A stretch of DNA of 48,037 nucleotides from Lacibacter sp. (lineage in GTDB: Bacteria; Bacteroidota; Bacteroidia; Chitinophagales; Chitinophagaceae): positions 1 to 48,037 of the forward strand of contig DAIOWB010000001.1 in NCBI GenBank assembly GCA_036758725.1, given 5' to 3'. The notes under the pieces were generated by a model. The model saw only the letters and a program-made list of their open reading frames with translations. It was not told where the DNA came from and did not search any database. This document shows, one piece after another, positions 17,801 to 26,290 of this stretch; position 1 is the stretch's first letter, and the number at the start of each line of letters is the position of its first letter. A program made the translations under genes and the position numbers.

Positions 17801-19075
17801 ATGAACAAACTTATTACATCCATTACTTTTCTGCTTGTTATAACATTAACAGCATGTGGAAGTGACTCAACAAAAAAAGTGAAAGAAGCCATAGCTGGCA
17901 GTTTAAAACTTCCTCCAGGCTTTAAAGCTGTTGTTGTAGCTGAAAAACTTGGCCAGGCAAGACATCTTGTTGTAAACAGTAATGGAGACGTGTATGTTAA
18001 GCTCGAACGTTTAAAAGATGGTAAAGGCATCATTCGGTTAAGAGATACAAATGGCGACGGCTTTGCAGATGAGAAATTTGCTTTTGGTAATTATGGCGGC
18101 ACCGGTATTGCCATTAAAAACGGATACCTCTATGCATCATCCGATGAAGAAGTGTACCGCTATAAATTAACCAGCAGTAATGATGTTGAAAATCCTGATA
18201 AGCCTGAAGTAATTGTAACCGGATTAGTGAATAAACATCAGCATTCATCAAAATCAATCACATTAGACGATAACGGAAATATTTATGTAAACATTGGAGC
18301 TCCTTCAAATGCATGCCAGGTAACTGATCGTACTGCAGGTTCTCCCGGTCAAATGCCCTGTCCAATTTTAGAAACTGCAGGTGGCATCTGGCAATTTAAA
18401 GTTGATAAATTAAATCAGAGTTATGCTGATGGCATTCGCTATGCAACCGGATTGAGAAATGTTGTGGGGCTTGATTGGAATACTTCAATGAATGAATTAT
18501 ATGTTACGCAACATGGAAGAGACCAGTTAAGTCAATTACATCCTGATAAATTTAACAACGAACAAAATGCAGAACTTCCGGCAGAAGAGTTTTTTATTGT
18601 AAAAAAAGGGATGGACTTTGGTTGGCCTTATTGTTATTACGACCCGATTCAAAAAAAGAAATTATTAAATCCGGAATATGGTGGTGATGGTAAAACTGAA
18701 GGAGTATGTGGAACAAAAGAAAAACCTCTTTTTGCTTTTCCTGCACATTGGGCACCTAATGGATTATTATTTTACACAGGTGATAAATTTGGAGACAAAT
18801 ATAAAAATGGAGCCTTCATTGCTTTTCATGGTAGTTGGAACAGATCGCCTTTAAAACAAGGTGGCTATAATGTTGTATTTCTTCCAATGAAAGATGGAAA
18901 GCCAAATGGAGAGTATGAAATTTTTGCTGATGATTTTGCAGGTGGTGAAGAATATTTAACACCGGCAAAAGCAAAACATCGTCCATGCGGATTGGCAATG
19001 GGAAATGATGGATCGATGTATATCAGTGATGATCAAAGTGGCACAATCTGGAAAATTGTTTATACAGGAGAATAA
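17801..19075 (+). CDS. PQQ-dependent sugar/sorbosone dehydrogenase family lipoprotein
   Basis: Lipobox LTAC, RDTNGDG.AD, YATGLRNVVG, HGRD, DFGWPYCY, AHWAP.GL.FY, AFHGSWNR, RP.GLA, ISDD. Confidence 0.88.
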   Translation: MNKLITSITFLLVITLTACGSDSTKKVKEAIAGSLKLPPGFKAVVVAEKLGQARHLVVNSNGDVYVKLERLKDGKGIIRLRDTNGDGFADEKFAFGNYGGTGIAIKNGYLYASSDEEVYRYKLTSSNDVENPDKPEVIVTGLVNKHQHSSKSITLDDNGNIYVNIGAPSNACQVTDRTAGSPGQMPCPILETAGGIWQFKVDKLNQSYADGIRYATGLRNVVGLDWNTSMNELYVTQHGRDQLSQLHPDKFNNEQNAELPAEEFFIVKKGMDFGWPYCYYDPIQKKKLLNPEYGGDGKTEGVCGTKEKPLFAFPAHWAPNGLLFYTGDKFGDKYKNGAFIAFHGSWNRSPLKQGGYNVVFLPMKDGKPNGEYEIFADDFAGGEEYLTPAKAKHRPCGLAMGNDGSMYISDDQSGTIWKIVYTGE

Positions 19076-19491
19076 TGATGAAGAAAAATATTTTATTGAT
19101 AATATTAAGTGCCGGCTTCATATCATTCTCTTGTATGCCTGATCAAAATGATTTGAAAGCATCTTTAGCAAGGGGAAAAAAAGTATATGATAAAACTTGT
19201 ATTACCTGTCATCAGCCCGATGGAGATGGTGTACCCAGAATGAATCCGCCATTAATTAAAACACAACAAGTATTAGGTTCTAAAGAAAAACTGGTGCGTA
19301 TAATATTACAAGGTTATAATGAGCAAGTAGAAATTAATGGAGAAATTTATTATACACCCATGCCTGCACAACCCCTATTAAGTAACCAGGAAATAGCTGA
19401 TGTGTTAACTTATATTCGAAATAGCTTTGGAAACAAAGCAAGTGCAGTTACAGTAAACGAAGTAAATAAAATAAGAGCAAAAATTAAGTAA
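19075..19491 (+). CDS. Class I cytochrome c (probable lipoprotein)
   Basis: CITCH haem-binding motif, distal [17 protein letters not shown]. 1-bp overlap with upstream gene. Confidence 0.92.
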   Translation: MMKKNILLIILSAGFISFSCMPDQNDLKASLARGKKVYDKTCITCHQPDGDGVPRMNPPLIKTQQVLGSKEKLVRIILQGYNEQVEINGEIYYTPMPAQPLLSNQEIADVLTYIRNSFGNKASAVTVNEVNKIRAKIK

Positions 19492-19492
19492 G

Positions 19493-20635
19493 ATGAAGAG
19501 AGTATTGTTTATTGACCGGGATGGAACTATCATTAATGAAGCACCTCCTACTTATCAATTAGATTCATTTGATAAACTTACTTTCTATCCCGATGTATTT
19601 TTTTATTTACGCAAAATTGCTGCTGAATTAGATTATGAATTAGTAATGCCCACCAACCAGGATGGTTTAGGAACACCGGGGTTTCCGGAAGACAGTTTTT
19701 GGCCTTTGCACAATTTTGTTTTGAAAAGTTTAGAAAATGAACAAATACATTTCAGTGAAGTATTAATAGACAAAACATTCCCTCATGAAAATGCCGCAAC
19801 AAGAAAGCCGGGCATTGGTATGTTTACCAAATACATCAACAATCCTGCATACGATTTAGCTAATTCATTTGTCATTGGCGACAGAATCACTGACATCCAG
19901 TTAGCAAAAAATCTTGGTTGCAAAGGAATCTGGATGAACAATGATGCAAATCTTGGAGCAGCAGAAATAAAAGATAAGGTTGAAGAATTAAGAAACTCTA
20001 CCATTGTTTTAGAAACTCCTCTTTGGAAAGACATTTATGAATTTCTGAAAAACAGCATACGCCATGTGGTTCATGAGCGAAATACCAATGAAACAAAAAT
20101 TAAAATTGAGCTGAATGCTGATGGCAGCGGAAAAGCCAATATTTCAACCGGACTTGGTTTTTTTGATCATATGCTTGAACAAATTGCAAGGCATGGGAAA
20201 ATGGATTTAACAATTGATACAAAAGGTGATTTGCATATTGATGAACATCATACCATTGAAGATACAGGTATTGCACTGGGCGAAGCTTTTGCAAAAGCAC
20301 TTGCTGATAAGCGTGGCATGGAACGTTATGGTTTTGCTTTGCCTATGGATGAAGCAGAAGCAAAAGTACTGATTGATTTTGGCGGTCGCAATTGGTTAGT
20401 TTGGAATGTATTATTTAAAAGAGAACGAATAGGTGAAATGCCAACTGAAATGTTTTTCCATTTCTTTAAATCATTTAGTGATGCAGCCAAATGTAATTTA
20501 AATATTGAATGCCATGGCGATAACGAACATCATAAAATTGAAGCCATCTTTAAAGCGTTTGCGAAAGCAATACGTATGGCAATAAAGAGAGATCCGATGA
20601 GCAATTACCTCCCTTCAACAAAAGGAACTTTATAA
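19493..20635 (+). CDS. hisB: Bifunctional histidinol-phosphatase/imidazoleglycerol-phosphate dehydratase
   Basis: HAD domain FIDRDGT, TNQDGLG, RKP, VIGDR. IGPD domain [26 protein letters not shown]. Confidence 0.97.
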   Translation: MKRVLFIDRDGTIINEAPPTYQLDSFDKLTFYPDVFFYLRKIAAELDYELVMPTNQDGLGTPGFPEDSFWPLHNFVLKSLENEQIHFSEVLIDKTFPHENAATRKPGIGMFTKYINNPAYDLANSFVIGDRITDIQLAKNLGCKGIWMNNDANLGAAEIKDKVEELRNSTIVLETPLWKDIYEFLKNSIRHVVHERNTNETKIKIELNADGSGKANISTGLGFFDHMLEQIARHGKMDLTIDTKGDLHIDEHHTIEDTGIALGEAFAKALADKRGMERYGFALPMDEAEAKVLIDFGGRNWLVWNVLFKRERIGEMPTEMFFHFFKSFSDAAKCNLNIECHGDNEHHKIEAIFKAFAKAIRMAIKRDPMSNYLPSTKGTL

Positions 20636-20675
20636 ATCTCATTTCAGAAAAACTGATTAAGGATTTTCTGATCTC

Positions 20676-20687
20676 TGACCTTAGTCA
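20676..20687. promoter_or_regulatory. TGAC-N4-GTCA palindrome upstream of usp gene
   Basis: TGAC-CTTA-GTCA, 23 bp upstream of -7-like TAGTTTTA (20711-20718). Confidence 0.4.
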
Positions 20688-20732
20688 TATTTATTAGAGA
20701 ATTATGAGTTTAGTTTTAACAAAACTCATTTT

Positions 20733-21554
20733 ATGGAAGCAATTCTAGTTCCAGTTGATTTTTCGCCCACATCCCTGAATGCCACAGATTATGCAATTAA
20801 TTTTGCAAAACAAGTAGGTGGAAAAATTATTTTATTAAATGCATTTCAGGCTCCACTGGTTTATCCTTTGTACGAAGGAGTTGAAATTTCGTATGAAGGC
20901 TTAAAACAAATTAATAAAAAAGAGCTGGAGCAGCTTGCAGATCAATTATCAAAACAGGAACCTTTACTAAAAGTTGAATATGTTCTTAAAGATGGCAGCT
21001 TAACAGATGCTATAGAAGAAACATTAAAGTCTATTGATGTTTCACTTATTATCATGGGCATTACGGGAGCAGGTAAACTAAAAGAAACAATCATTGGCAG
21101 TAATACCTTGCTGGTTGCAAAACATTCAACAACCCCTGTTTTAATTATTCCTGAAGATTGTGTTTATTCAAAAGTTACTGATATTGGAATTACAACCGAT
21201 TTCAGAGATGTTGTAAACACAATTCCTGATAAACTGGTGAAACATATTCTTCAAATGACCGGCGCAAAACTGCATGTATTAAATGTTGATTTTGATAACC
21301 GGCAGTGGACAGATGATACTCCTTTCCAAAGCGGATTGGTTGAAACCATGTTTGAAAATTATATACCCAAGTATCATTTTATTGATCATGAGGATATGGT
21401 AACAGGTTTAAATGAATACGTAGATAAATTTGGGATTAAACTATTAATAGCTTTCCCTCAAAAACACAATTTACTGGAAAAAATATTTTCTTCGAGCCAT
21501 ACAAAAGAATTAGTATTTCACAGTAAAATACCGGTAATGATTATTCATTTCTGA
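20733..21554 (+). CDS. Universal stress protein (tandem Usp domains)
   Basis: ILVPVDFS, LIIMGITG...IIGSNT...PVLIIP, second degenerate Usp domain ending IPVMIIH. Confidence 0.9.
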   Translation: MEAILVPVDFSPTSLNATDYAINFAKQVGGKIILLNAFQAPLVYPLYEGVEISYEGLKQINKKELEQLADQLSKQEPLLKVEYVLKDGSLTDAIEETLKSIDVSLIIMGITGAGKLKETIIGSNTLLVAKHSTTPVLIIPEDCVYSKVTDIGITTDFRDVVNTIPDKLVKHILQMTGAKLHVLNVDFDNRQWTDDTPFQSGLVETMFENYIPKYHFIDHEDMVTGLNEYVDKFGIKLLIAFPQKHNLLEKIFSSSHTKELVFHSKIPVMIIHF

Positions 21555-21560
21555 TTTCCG

Positions 21561-22793
21561 CTATTCAAACCGAAGCGCTTTTACAGGTGTAATCTTTTTT
21601 ACAAGCAGAGAAGGAATAAGTAACACAAGAAAGCTGATAATAAAAGTGATGAAATCAATCAACACAATTTGCCAGTAAACAAATTTTACCGGAGCTGATG
21701 AAACATAATATGCCGCTTCATCTAATTTAATAAAGCCTGTTTCCTGCTGCAACCATCCTATACCAAGGCCTAATAAGGTACCTGCCAGAATTCCAACAAT
21801 TGTAATGATAAGGGCCTGATTCCAGAAGATAAACTGCACCTGCATATTTGTAGCACCTGTTGCTTTCAATACTCCAATCATTTTTGAACGCTCAAGAACA
21901 AGTATAATTAAGCAAGAGATTAAATTAATAATAGCCACAATACACATGATGATAAGAATCACTTTTTTATTTGTATTCTGTAAAGCCAGCCAGTCAAAGA
22001 TGTTGGGATAAATTTCTCTTAACGGTGTGCTGAACCATTGCACAGGAATCTGATCGAGCAATTCATTATTCACTTCATAATCTTTCCTGTAATCATTCAA
22101 TGTAACTTCATAACCACCTATTTCAGTTGCACTCCATCCGTTTAATTTACGGATCAGGTTCATATCAACAATGGCAAAAGTTTTATCGTACTCTTCAATA
22201 CCGGTTTTATATATACCACTTATTGTAACGGGTCTAACTCTGGGAGTTGTGCTATTGTTATCAATAAAATAAATCAGTAATTTGTCGCCTACTTTTGAAT
22301 TAATCTGTTTGGCAGTATATTCTGAGATAATGATCTGGTTATTGATTAAACTATCATCAAAAGACAACCAGTTCCCTTTTTTCAAAAAAGGCTCAATACG
22401 TTCTTTCGAAAAATTCTTTTCAATTCCTTTTAACAAAACACCTTCAATAGTTTCTGTAGTTTTAAGCATGGCTGATTTGGTGGCAAAAGCATCAACCAGT
22501 TTAACAGCTTTATTTGAACGTAAAAGATTATAGACCGTATCGTTTTTTTCAACAGGCATTTCCTCACCAATTCCGGATGAAGATGATTGCTGTTGCTGAA
22601 CACGTAGATGGCCCCAGAAACTGAAGACCTTGCTGCTAACTGTATATTGAAAGCCTTCAACAAAAGCAAAAGCAAGGATCATGATTGCAACACTAATTGC
22701 TGTTGCAACAGTTGACAGGCGAATAATGAACCTGGAAAATGATTGGTTCTTTTGAAATACTAAGCGGCGGGCTATGAATGTGGCTACGTTCAA
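21561..22793 (-). CDS. LolC/LolE (MacB/FtsX family) ABC permease
   Basis: FIARR, N-terminal TM, large periplasmic domain, LILVLER.KMIGVLKA.GA, C-terminal PVKALRFE. Confidence 0.9.
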   Translation of the reverse strand: MNVATFIARRLVFQKNQSFSRFIIRLSTVATAISVAIMILAFAFVEGFQYTVSSKVFSFWGHLRVQQQQSSSSGIGEEMPVEKNDTVYNLLRSNKAVKLVDAFATKSAMLKTTETIEGVLLKGIEKNFSKERIEPFLKKGNWLSFDDSLINNQIIISEYTAKQINSKVGDKLLIYFIDNNSTTPRVRPVTISGIYKTGIEEYDKTFAIVDMNLIRKLNGWSATEIGGYEVTLNDYRKDYEVNNELLDQIPVQWFSTPLREIYPNIFDWLALQNTNKKVILIIMCIVAIINLISCLIILVLERSKMIGVLKATGATNMQVQFIFWNQALIITIVGILAGTLLGLGIGWLQQETGFIKLDEAAYYVSSAPVKFVYWQIVLIDFITFIISFLVLLIPSLLVKKITPVKALRFE

Positions 22794-22838
22794 ACAAGTT
22801 AACTTTGAATGATTGTAAAACTAATGGTTTCTGAAAAT

Positions 22839-24134
22839 ATGCAACAATTAAAATATATTATTTCCCTCTTCTTCATCTGCATTTCCTTTGCAAACAGTTT
22901 TGCACAGGAACCCGATAAAATTTATAAAAGCAATATCCACTCAATTAAATTTCATTTACAGGGCGATCAGCTCTCCTACCCCATTATTCGTTTGAACAGT
23001 GGAGATAAGCTGGAATTACATTTTGATGATATTGATGCAGATGTTAAATATTATTCTTACACTTTTATTCTTTGTAATGCAGATTGGTCAGTAGCACCTG
23101 TAAGCCAGTTTGACTATATGAAAGGATTCTCCAATGTACGGATCAATACTTATCGTAATTCTTCCCTTACATTAACCAGGTACACTCATTATATGAGCAT
23201 GCTGCCCGATAAAAACACCACACCTATCCGAAGTGGCAATTACCTGTTGAAAGTATTTTTAAACGGCGACACTTCACAAATAGCTTTTACCAAACGATTT
23301 CTTGTTTTAGATAACAAAGCTGGTTCTGGTGCAACTGTTGTACAACCATTTAACCAAACCTTCTTTAAAACACATCAGAAATTACAGTTTAATGTAAATG
23401 TGCAAAGCATCAGACCTACTAATATTTTTCAGCAAATTAAAATAGTGATTCTTCAAAATTATCGTTGGGATAATTGTATCCGTAACCTGCAACCAACATT
23501 CATTAAAAATAATATTCTTGAATACAATACAGAAAATGAAGGATTATTTTCTGCTCAGAAAGAATGGCGCTGGGTTAATTTAAGCAGTCTTCGTTTACAA
23601 ACCGACCGTATAGAAAAAGGTGATTATACCAATATAGGACAAACACTATTTATTTTACCAGAAAGCGACAGAACCACATTGCGGTATATGTATTACCGGG
23701 ATGCAAACGGATTTTATCAATTAGGAAATATAGAACAGAGAAATCCTTATTGGCAGGGAGATTATGCAACTGTGTGGTTCCGTTATTTTACAGCAGATCA
23801 AAAAGAAATGCCTGATAAAGATTTATTTCTTTTTGGCGAACTCACCAACTATGAGTTAACAAATGCCAATAAAATGACTTTTAATTCTGAAACCGGTATG
23901 TATGAAAACAAGCAATTTCTTAAACAAGGTTTGTACGATTACATTTATGTTACAAGAGATAAAAAAACAAATCAGGTTAGCACAGATGTAACAGAAGGCA
24001 ATTGGTGGGAAACAGAAAATAATTACACCATTCTGATTTATTACCGTACACTCGGAGGCAGAGCCGATGAATTAGTAGGTATTACTCAAATAAACTCTTT
24101 AGCCAACAGGCCAAATTTCAATCAAAGAAATTAA
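22839..24134 (+). CDS. DUF5103-family protein (type IX secretion system plug-like)
   Basis: PIIRLN...LELHFDD, YSYT..LCNADW, YTHY, SGNYLLKV, LQNYRWDN, FLKQG.YDY.YV, EGN.WETEN.Y..L.YYR. Start uncertain: TAACTTTG at 22800-22807 argues against 22809, leaving 22824 or 22839. Confidence 0.75.
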   Translation: MQQLKYIISLFFICISFANSFAQEPDKIYKSNIHSIKFHLQGDQLSYPIIRLNSGDKLELHFDDIDADVKYYSYTFILCNADWSVAPVSQFDYMKGFSNVRINTYRNSSLTLTRYTHYMSMLPDKNTTPIRSGNYLLKVFLNGDTSQIAFTKRFLVLDNKAGSGATVVQPFNQTFFKTHQKLQFNVNVQSIRPTNIFQQIKIVILQNYRWDNCIRNLQPTFIKNNILEYNTENEGLFSAQKEWRWVNLSSLRLQTDRIEKGDYTNIGQTLFILPESDRTTLRYMYYRDANGFYQLGNIEQRNPYWQGDYATVWFRYFTADQKEMPDKDLFLFGELTNYELTNANKMTFNSETGMYENKQFLKQGLYDYIYVTRDKKTNQVSTDVTEGNWWETENNYTILIYYRTLGGRADELVGITQINSLANRPNFNQRN

Positions 24135-24166
24135 TTAGTGTTTATTATGGATAAATTAAATTGAAT

Positions 24167-24194
24167 CAATTATCCATTTTCAATTATCAATTTT
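24167..24194 (+). repeat. Tandem 7-mer array (CAATTAT-like x4)
   Basis: CAATTAT CCATTTT CAATTAT CAATTTT, with a reverse-complement array at 25024-25051. Confidence 0.5.
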
Positions 24195-24207
24195 TACTGC
24201 ATTCCCC

Positions 24208-24215
24208 TATCTTTG
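24208..24215 (+). promoter_or_regulatory. -7 promoter element of SRP RNA
   Basis: TATCTTTG matches TAnnTTTG and ends 4 nt before the predicted RNA 5' end. Confidence 0.75.
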
Positions 24216-24219
24216 CGCC

Positions 24220-24314
24220 GGCAGGTCTTACACGACCAGCTCCTGCTGAACTCCCCCAGGGTGGGAACGCAGCAAGGGTAAGCGGTTGTAGCGGTGCGAT
24301 GTAAGTAACCTGCC
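24220..24314 (+). ncRNA. ffs: Signal recognition particle RNA (small bacterial SRP, 4.5S)
   Basis: Helix-8 motif CAGG-GTG-GGAA-CGC-AGCA. Terminal pairings GGCAGG/CCTGCC and CTTACA/TGTAAG. About 95 nt, followed by a T-tract. Confidence 0.93.
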
Positions 24315-24362
24315 ATTTTTTTTATCTTTCCAAACTCCTTTTGGGATATTTAAATTTTAATC

Positions 24363-25016
24363 ATGAAGTTTTTTATTGACACAGCAAATCTTGCTCAAAT
24401 TAAAGAAGCAAACGAATTAGGTATTCTTGATGGTGTAACTACAAACCCTTCACTCATGGCCAAAGAAGGTATAAAGGGACATGATGCAGTTATTCAACAT
24501 TACAAAACCATTTGTGAAATGGTTGATGGTGATATCAGTGCTGAAGTAATAAGTACAGACTTTGCAGGTATCGTTGAAGAAGGAAAGAAATTAGCAGCTA
24601 TTCACCCCAATATTGTGGTTAAGGTTCCAATGATAAAAGATGGCATTAAAGCATTAAAATGGTTTAGCGATAATGGTATTAAAACCAATTGCACATTAGT
24701 GTTTAGTGCCGGACAAGCTATCCTTGCTGCAAAAGCAGGTGCAACTTATGTATCACCTTTCTTAGGACGTATTGATGATAGTGGTTGGGATGGGATGGCA
24801 TTAATTGGACAAATTGCCAGCATTTATTCTTTACAAGGTTTTGAAACACTGATATTGGCTGCATCTATCCGCACACCACTTCATATTATACAGGCTGCTG
24901 AATTAGGTGCTGATGTATGTACTTGTCCCCTCGATTCAATACTTGGTTTGTTAAAGCATCCGTTAACTGATATTGGATTAGCCAAGTTTTTAGAAGATGC
25001 AAAGAAGTTTCAGTAA
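24363..25016 (+). CDS. fsa: Transaldolase / fructose-6-phosphate aldolase family
   Basis: [20 protein letters not shown] (Schiff-base Lys), [29 protein letters not shown]. Confidence 0.93.
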   Translation: MKFFIDTANLAQIKEANELGILDGVTTNPSLMAKEGIKGHDAVIQHYKTICEMVDGDISAEVISTDFAGIVEEGKKLAAIHPNIVVKVPMIKDGIKALKWFSDNGIKTNCTLVFSAGQAILAAKAGATYVSPFLGRIDDSGWDGMALIGQIASIYSLQGFETLILAASIRTPLHIIQAAELGADVCTCPLDSILGLLKHPLTDIGLAKFLEDAKKFQ

Positions 25017-25044
25017 GTAATTTATAATTGATAGTTGATAATTG

Positions 25045-25076
25045 AAAGCTGTTGAATTTTGTTCAACAGCTTTTTT
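25045..25076 (+). terminator. Intrinsic terminator after fsa
   Basis: AAAGCTGTTGAA-ttttg-TTCAACAGCTTTTTT. Confidence 0.85.
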
Positions 25077-25153
25077 ATTAGATGTTGATGAAATACTGTT
25101 TGAAGTTGAATTTAGTTTTTTCGTGTTGATAATTTGCACTTTGCCGAACGATG

Positions 25154-25569
25154 CTGTCACCCTGAGCCCGTCGAAGGGTTGCTGAGTTCCGCTTTTACAG
25201 CAGATGATTTAGCCAATTGCTGAATCAATTCCCAATTCTCTGCAAACAATGCCTGCTTCTTTTTCCTGCTCCAGCCTTTCAGTTGTTTTTCCCATTCTAT
25301 TGCATCATTAATATCAGAAAAACGCTTATAGTATTTTAATTCAACCGGGCGCCGATTATATGTATAACATTTTTTATTAAAGCCAGTATTATGTTCCCAC
25401 AATCTACGTTCAAGATCATTGGTAACACCAGTGTAGTAGAAGTTGTCTTTACATTCAACAATGTAAACAAAATAGTTGTGGTGGAGTATCACAGCTTTTT
25501 TAAACTTTATTATAAATGCTCAGCTTTTCATCAATATTCACCATCCCTTCGACAAGCTCAGGGTGACAG
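25154..25569. mobile_element. GIY-YIG gene cassette bounded by 25-bp inverted repeats (putative mini mobile element)
   Basis: Left CTGTCACCCTGAGCCCGTCGAAGGG (25154-25178) and right CCCTTCGACAAGCTCAGGGTGACAG (25545-25569) are 23/25 complementary. No target-site duplication visible. Mobility is inferred. Confidence 0.55.
25157..25492 (-). CDS. Stand-alone GIY-YIG nuclease family protein
   Basis: YFVYIVEC..N.YYTGVTNDLERRL.EHN.G, YT..RRPV.L, AIEWEKQLKGWSRKKK. GTG start. C-terminal PSTGSG* is encoded by the left inverted repeat. Confidence 0.9.
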   Translation of the reverse strand: MILHHNYFVYIVECKDNFYYTGVTNDLERRLWEHNTGFNKKCYTYNRRPVELKYYKRFSDINDAIEWEKQLKGWSRKKKQALFAENWELIQQLAKSSAVKAELSNPSTGSG

Positions 25570-25641
25570 ACCCATTGAACTTAAAATAGTCATTCTGATA
25601 AAAAGGAACTCTGAAATAAAAATCTCTTTTTCTTCTTCCTC

Positions 25642-25659
25642 TCCTGATAGCTTTCGGGA
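25642..25659. repeat. Degenerate palindrome TCCTGATAGCTTTCGGGA
   Basis: Two substitutions from the perfect palindrome TCCCGATAGCTATCGGGA. Confidence 0.5.
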
Positions 25660-25686
25660 AACCTTTCAACTTTGCACTTTCCTTTT

Positions 25687-25710
25687 CTTAGCGCCTTTGC
25701 GTCTTAGCGG
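25687..25710 (+). repeat. Tandem GC-rich 8-mer x3
   Basis: CTTAGCGC CTTTGCGT CTTAGCGG just downstream of the 126-aa gene. Confidence 0.55.
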
Positions 25711-25714
25711 CAAA

Positions 25715-26095
25715 TTATTTTACATCTACCAAAAAACTTCCTAAATCAACCACTTCTCCCTGCCCCATTTTAAATTGCTCAATATCTTCCAGACTTAAAT
25801 CTTCCAACACTTTAGTTGTATAAACAGGCTTACCGTTTTTCATAATGATAAAATAAAAATCGGGCCTTGTTTCTTTAAATGCAGTATCATTTACAAATGC
25901 ATCATGAGCAAATGCAATACGGATATGCCCTTCCTCGTCTAATCTGCTTTCACCAAGAAATTCATCATCAGCTAAATCACGGTCGTATAAACGAACAGTA
26001 TAATCATCACCGGTTAATCCTTTATCATCTCCCTTTTCAATAAAACGGGCTGTTATTACCAGATCGGGTTCCTTGCTTAATGAGAAATGATTCAT
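25715..26095 (-). CDS. Hypothetical acidic protein, possibly transthyretin-like beta-sandwich
   Basis: 126 aa with V.LYD.D..DD.FLG...D.EG...I.F and PDFYF pattern. Fold call is tentative. Confidence 0.65.
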   Translation of the reverse strand: MNHFSLSKEPDLVITARFIEKGDDKGLTGDDYTVRLYDRDLADDEFLGESRLDEEGHIRIAFAHDAFVNDTAFKETRPDFYFIIMKNGKPVYTTKVLEDLSLEDIEQFKMGQGEVVDLGSFLVDVK

Positions 26096-26162
26096 ATGAA
26101 TGATTTTGGTTTATTTAGATGCAAGAAAGTTATATATAATTTTTGATTTAAGTCACTTAAAC

Positions 26163-26197
26163 AAAAAAGCACAAAGCTTATTCAACTTTATGCTTTT
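26163..26197 (-). terminator. Intrinsic terminator downstream of lepA and of the orphan lepA 3' copy
   Basis: Minus strand AAAAGCATAAAG-ttgaataag-CTTTGTGCTTTTTT (12-bp stem, one G-U). Confidence 0.75.
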
Positions 26198-26214
26198 AAA
26201 ATAGGTTTTATTCA

Positions 26215-26241
26215 TTATTCATCCAACTTCAATACTGCTAA
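26215..26241 (-). pseudogene. Orphan duplicate of lepA last 8 codons plus stop (LAVLKLDE*)
   Basis: TTA GCA GTA TTG AAG TTG GAT GAA TAA versus lepA CTG GCA GTT TTA AAG CTT GAT GAG TAA: 7 nucleotide differences, all synonymous. Confidence 0.9.
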
Positions 26242-26260
26242 CCCTTCAACTTCGCTCAGG
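26242..26260. repeat. Third, degenerate copy of the GIY-YIG-flanking repeat
   Basis: CCCTTCAACTTCGCTCAGG versus CCCTTCGACAAGCTCAGG at 25545-25562. Confidence 0.65.
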
Positions 26261-26290
26261 ATTCAAACATCATGAAAATATCGAATAATC

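Noticed and set aside
25391..25744. 117-aa plus-strand ORF across the GIY-YIG gene and repeats
   Set aside because: Antisense to the GIY-YIG gene and partly made of translated repeats (SLRQAQGD, PDSFRE, LAPLRLSG). No protein family signal.
25154..26260. Repeats considered as a CRISPR array or IS ends
   Set aside because: Only 2-3 copies, inverted and irregularly spaced, with no spacers, cas genes, transposase or target-site duplication.
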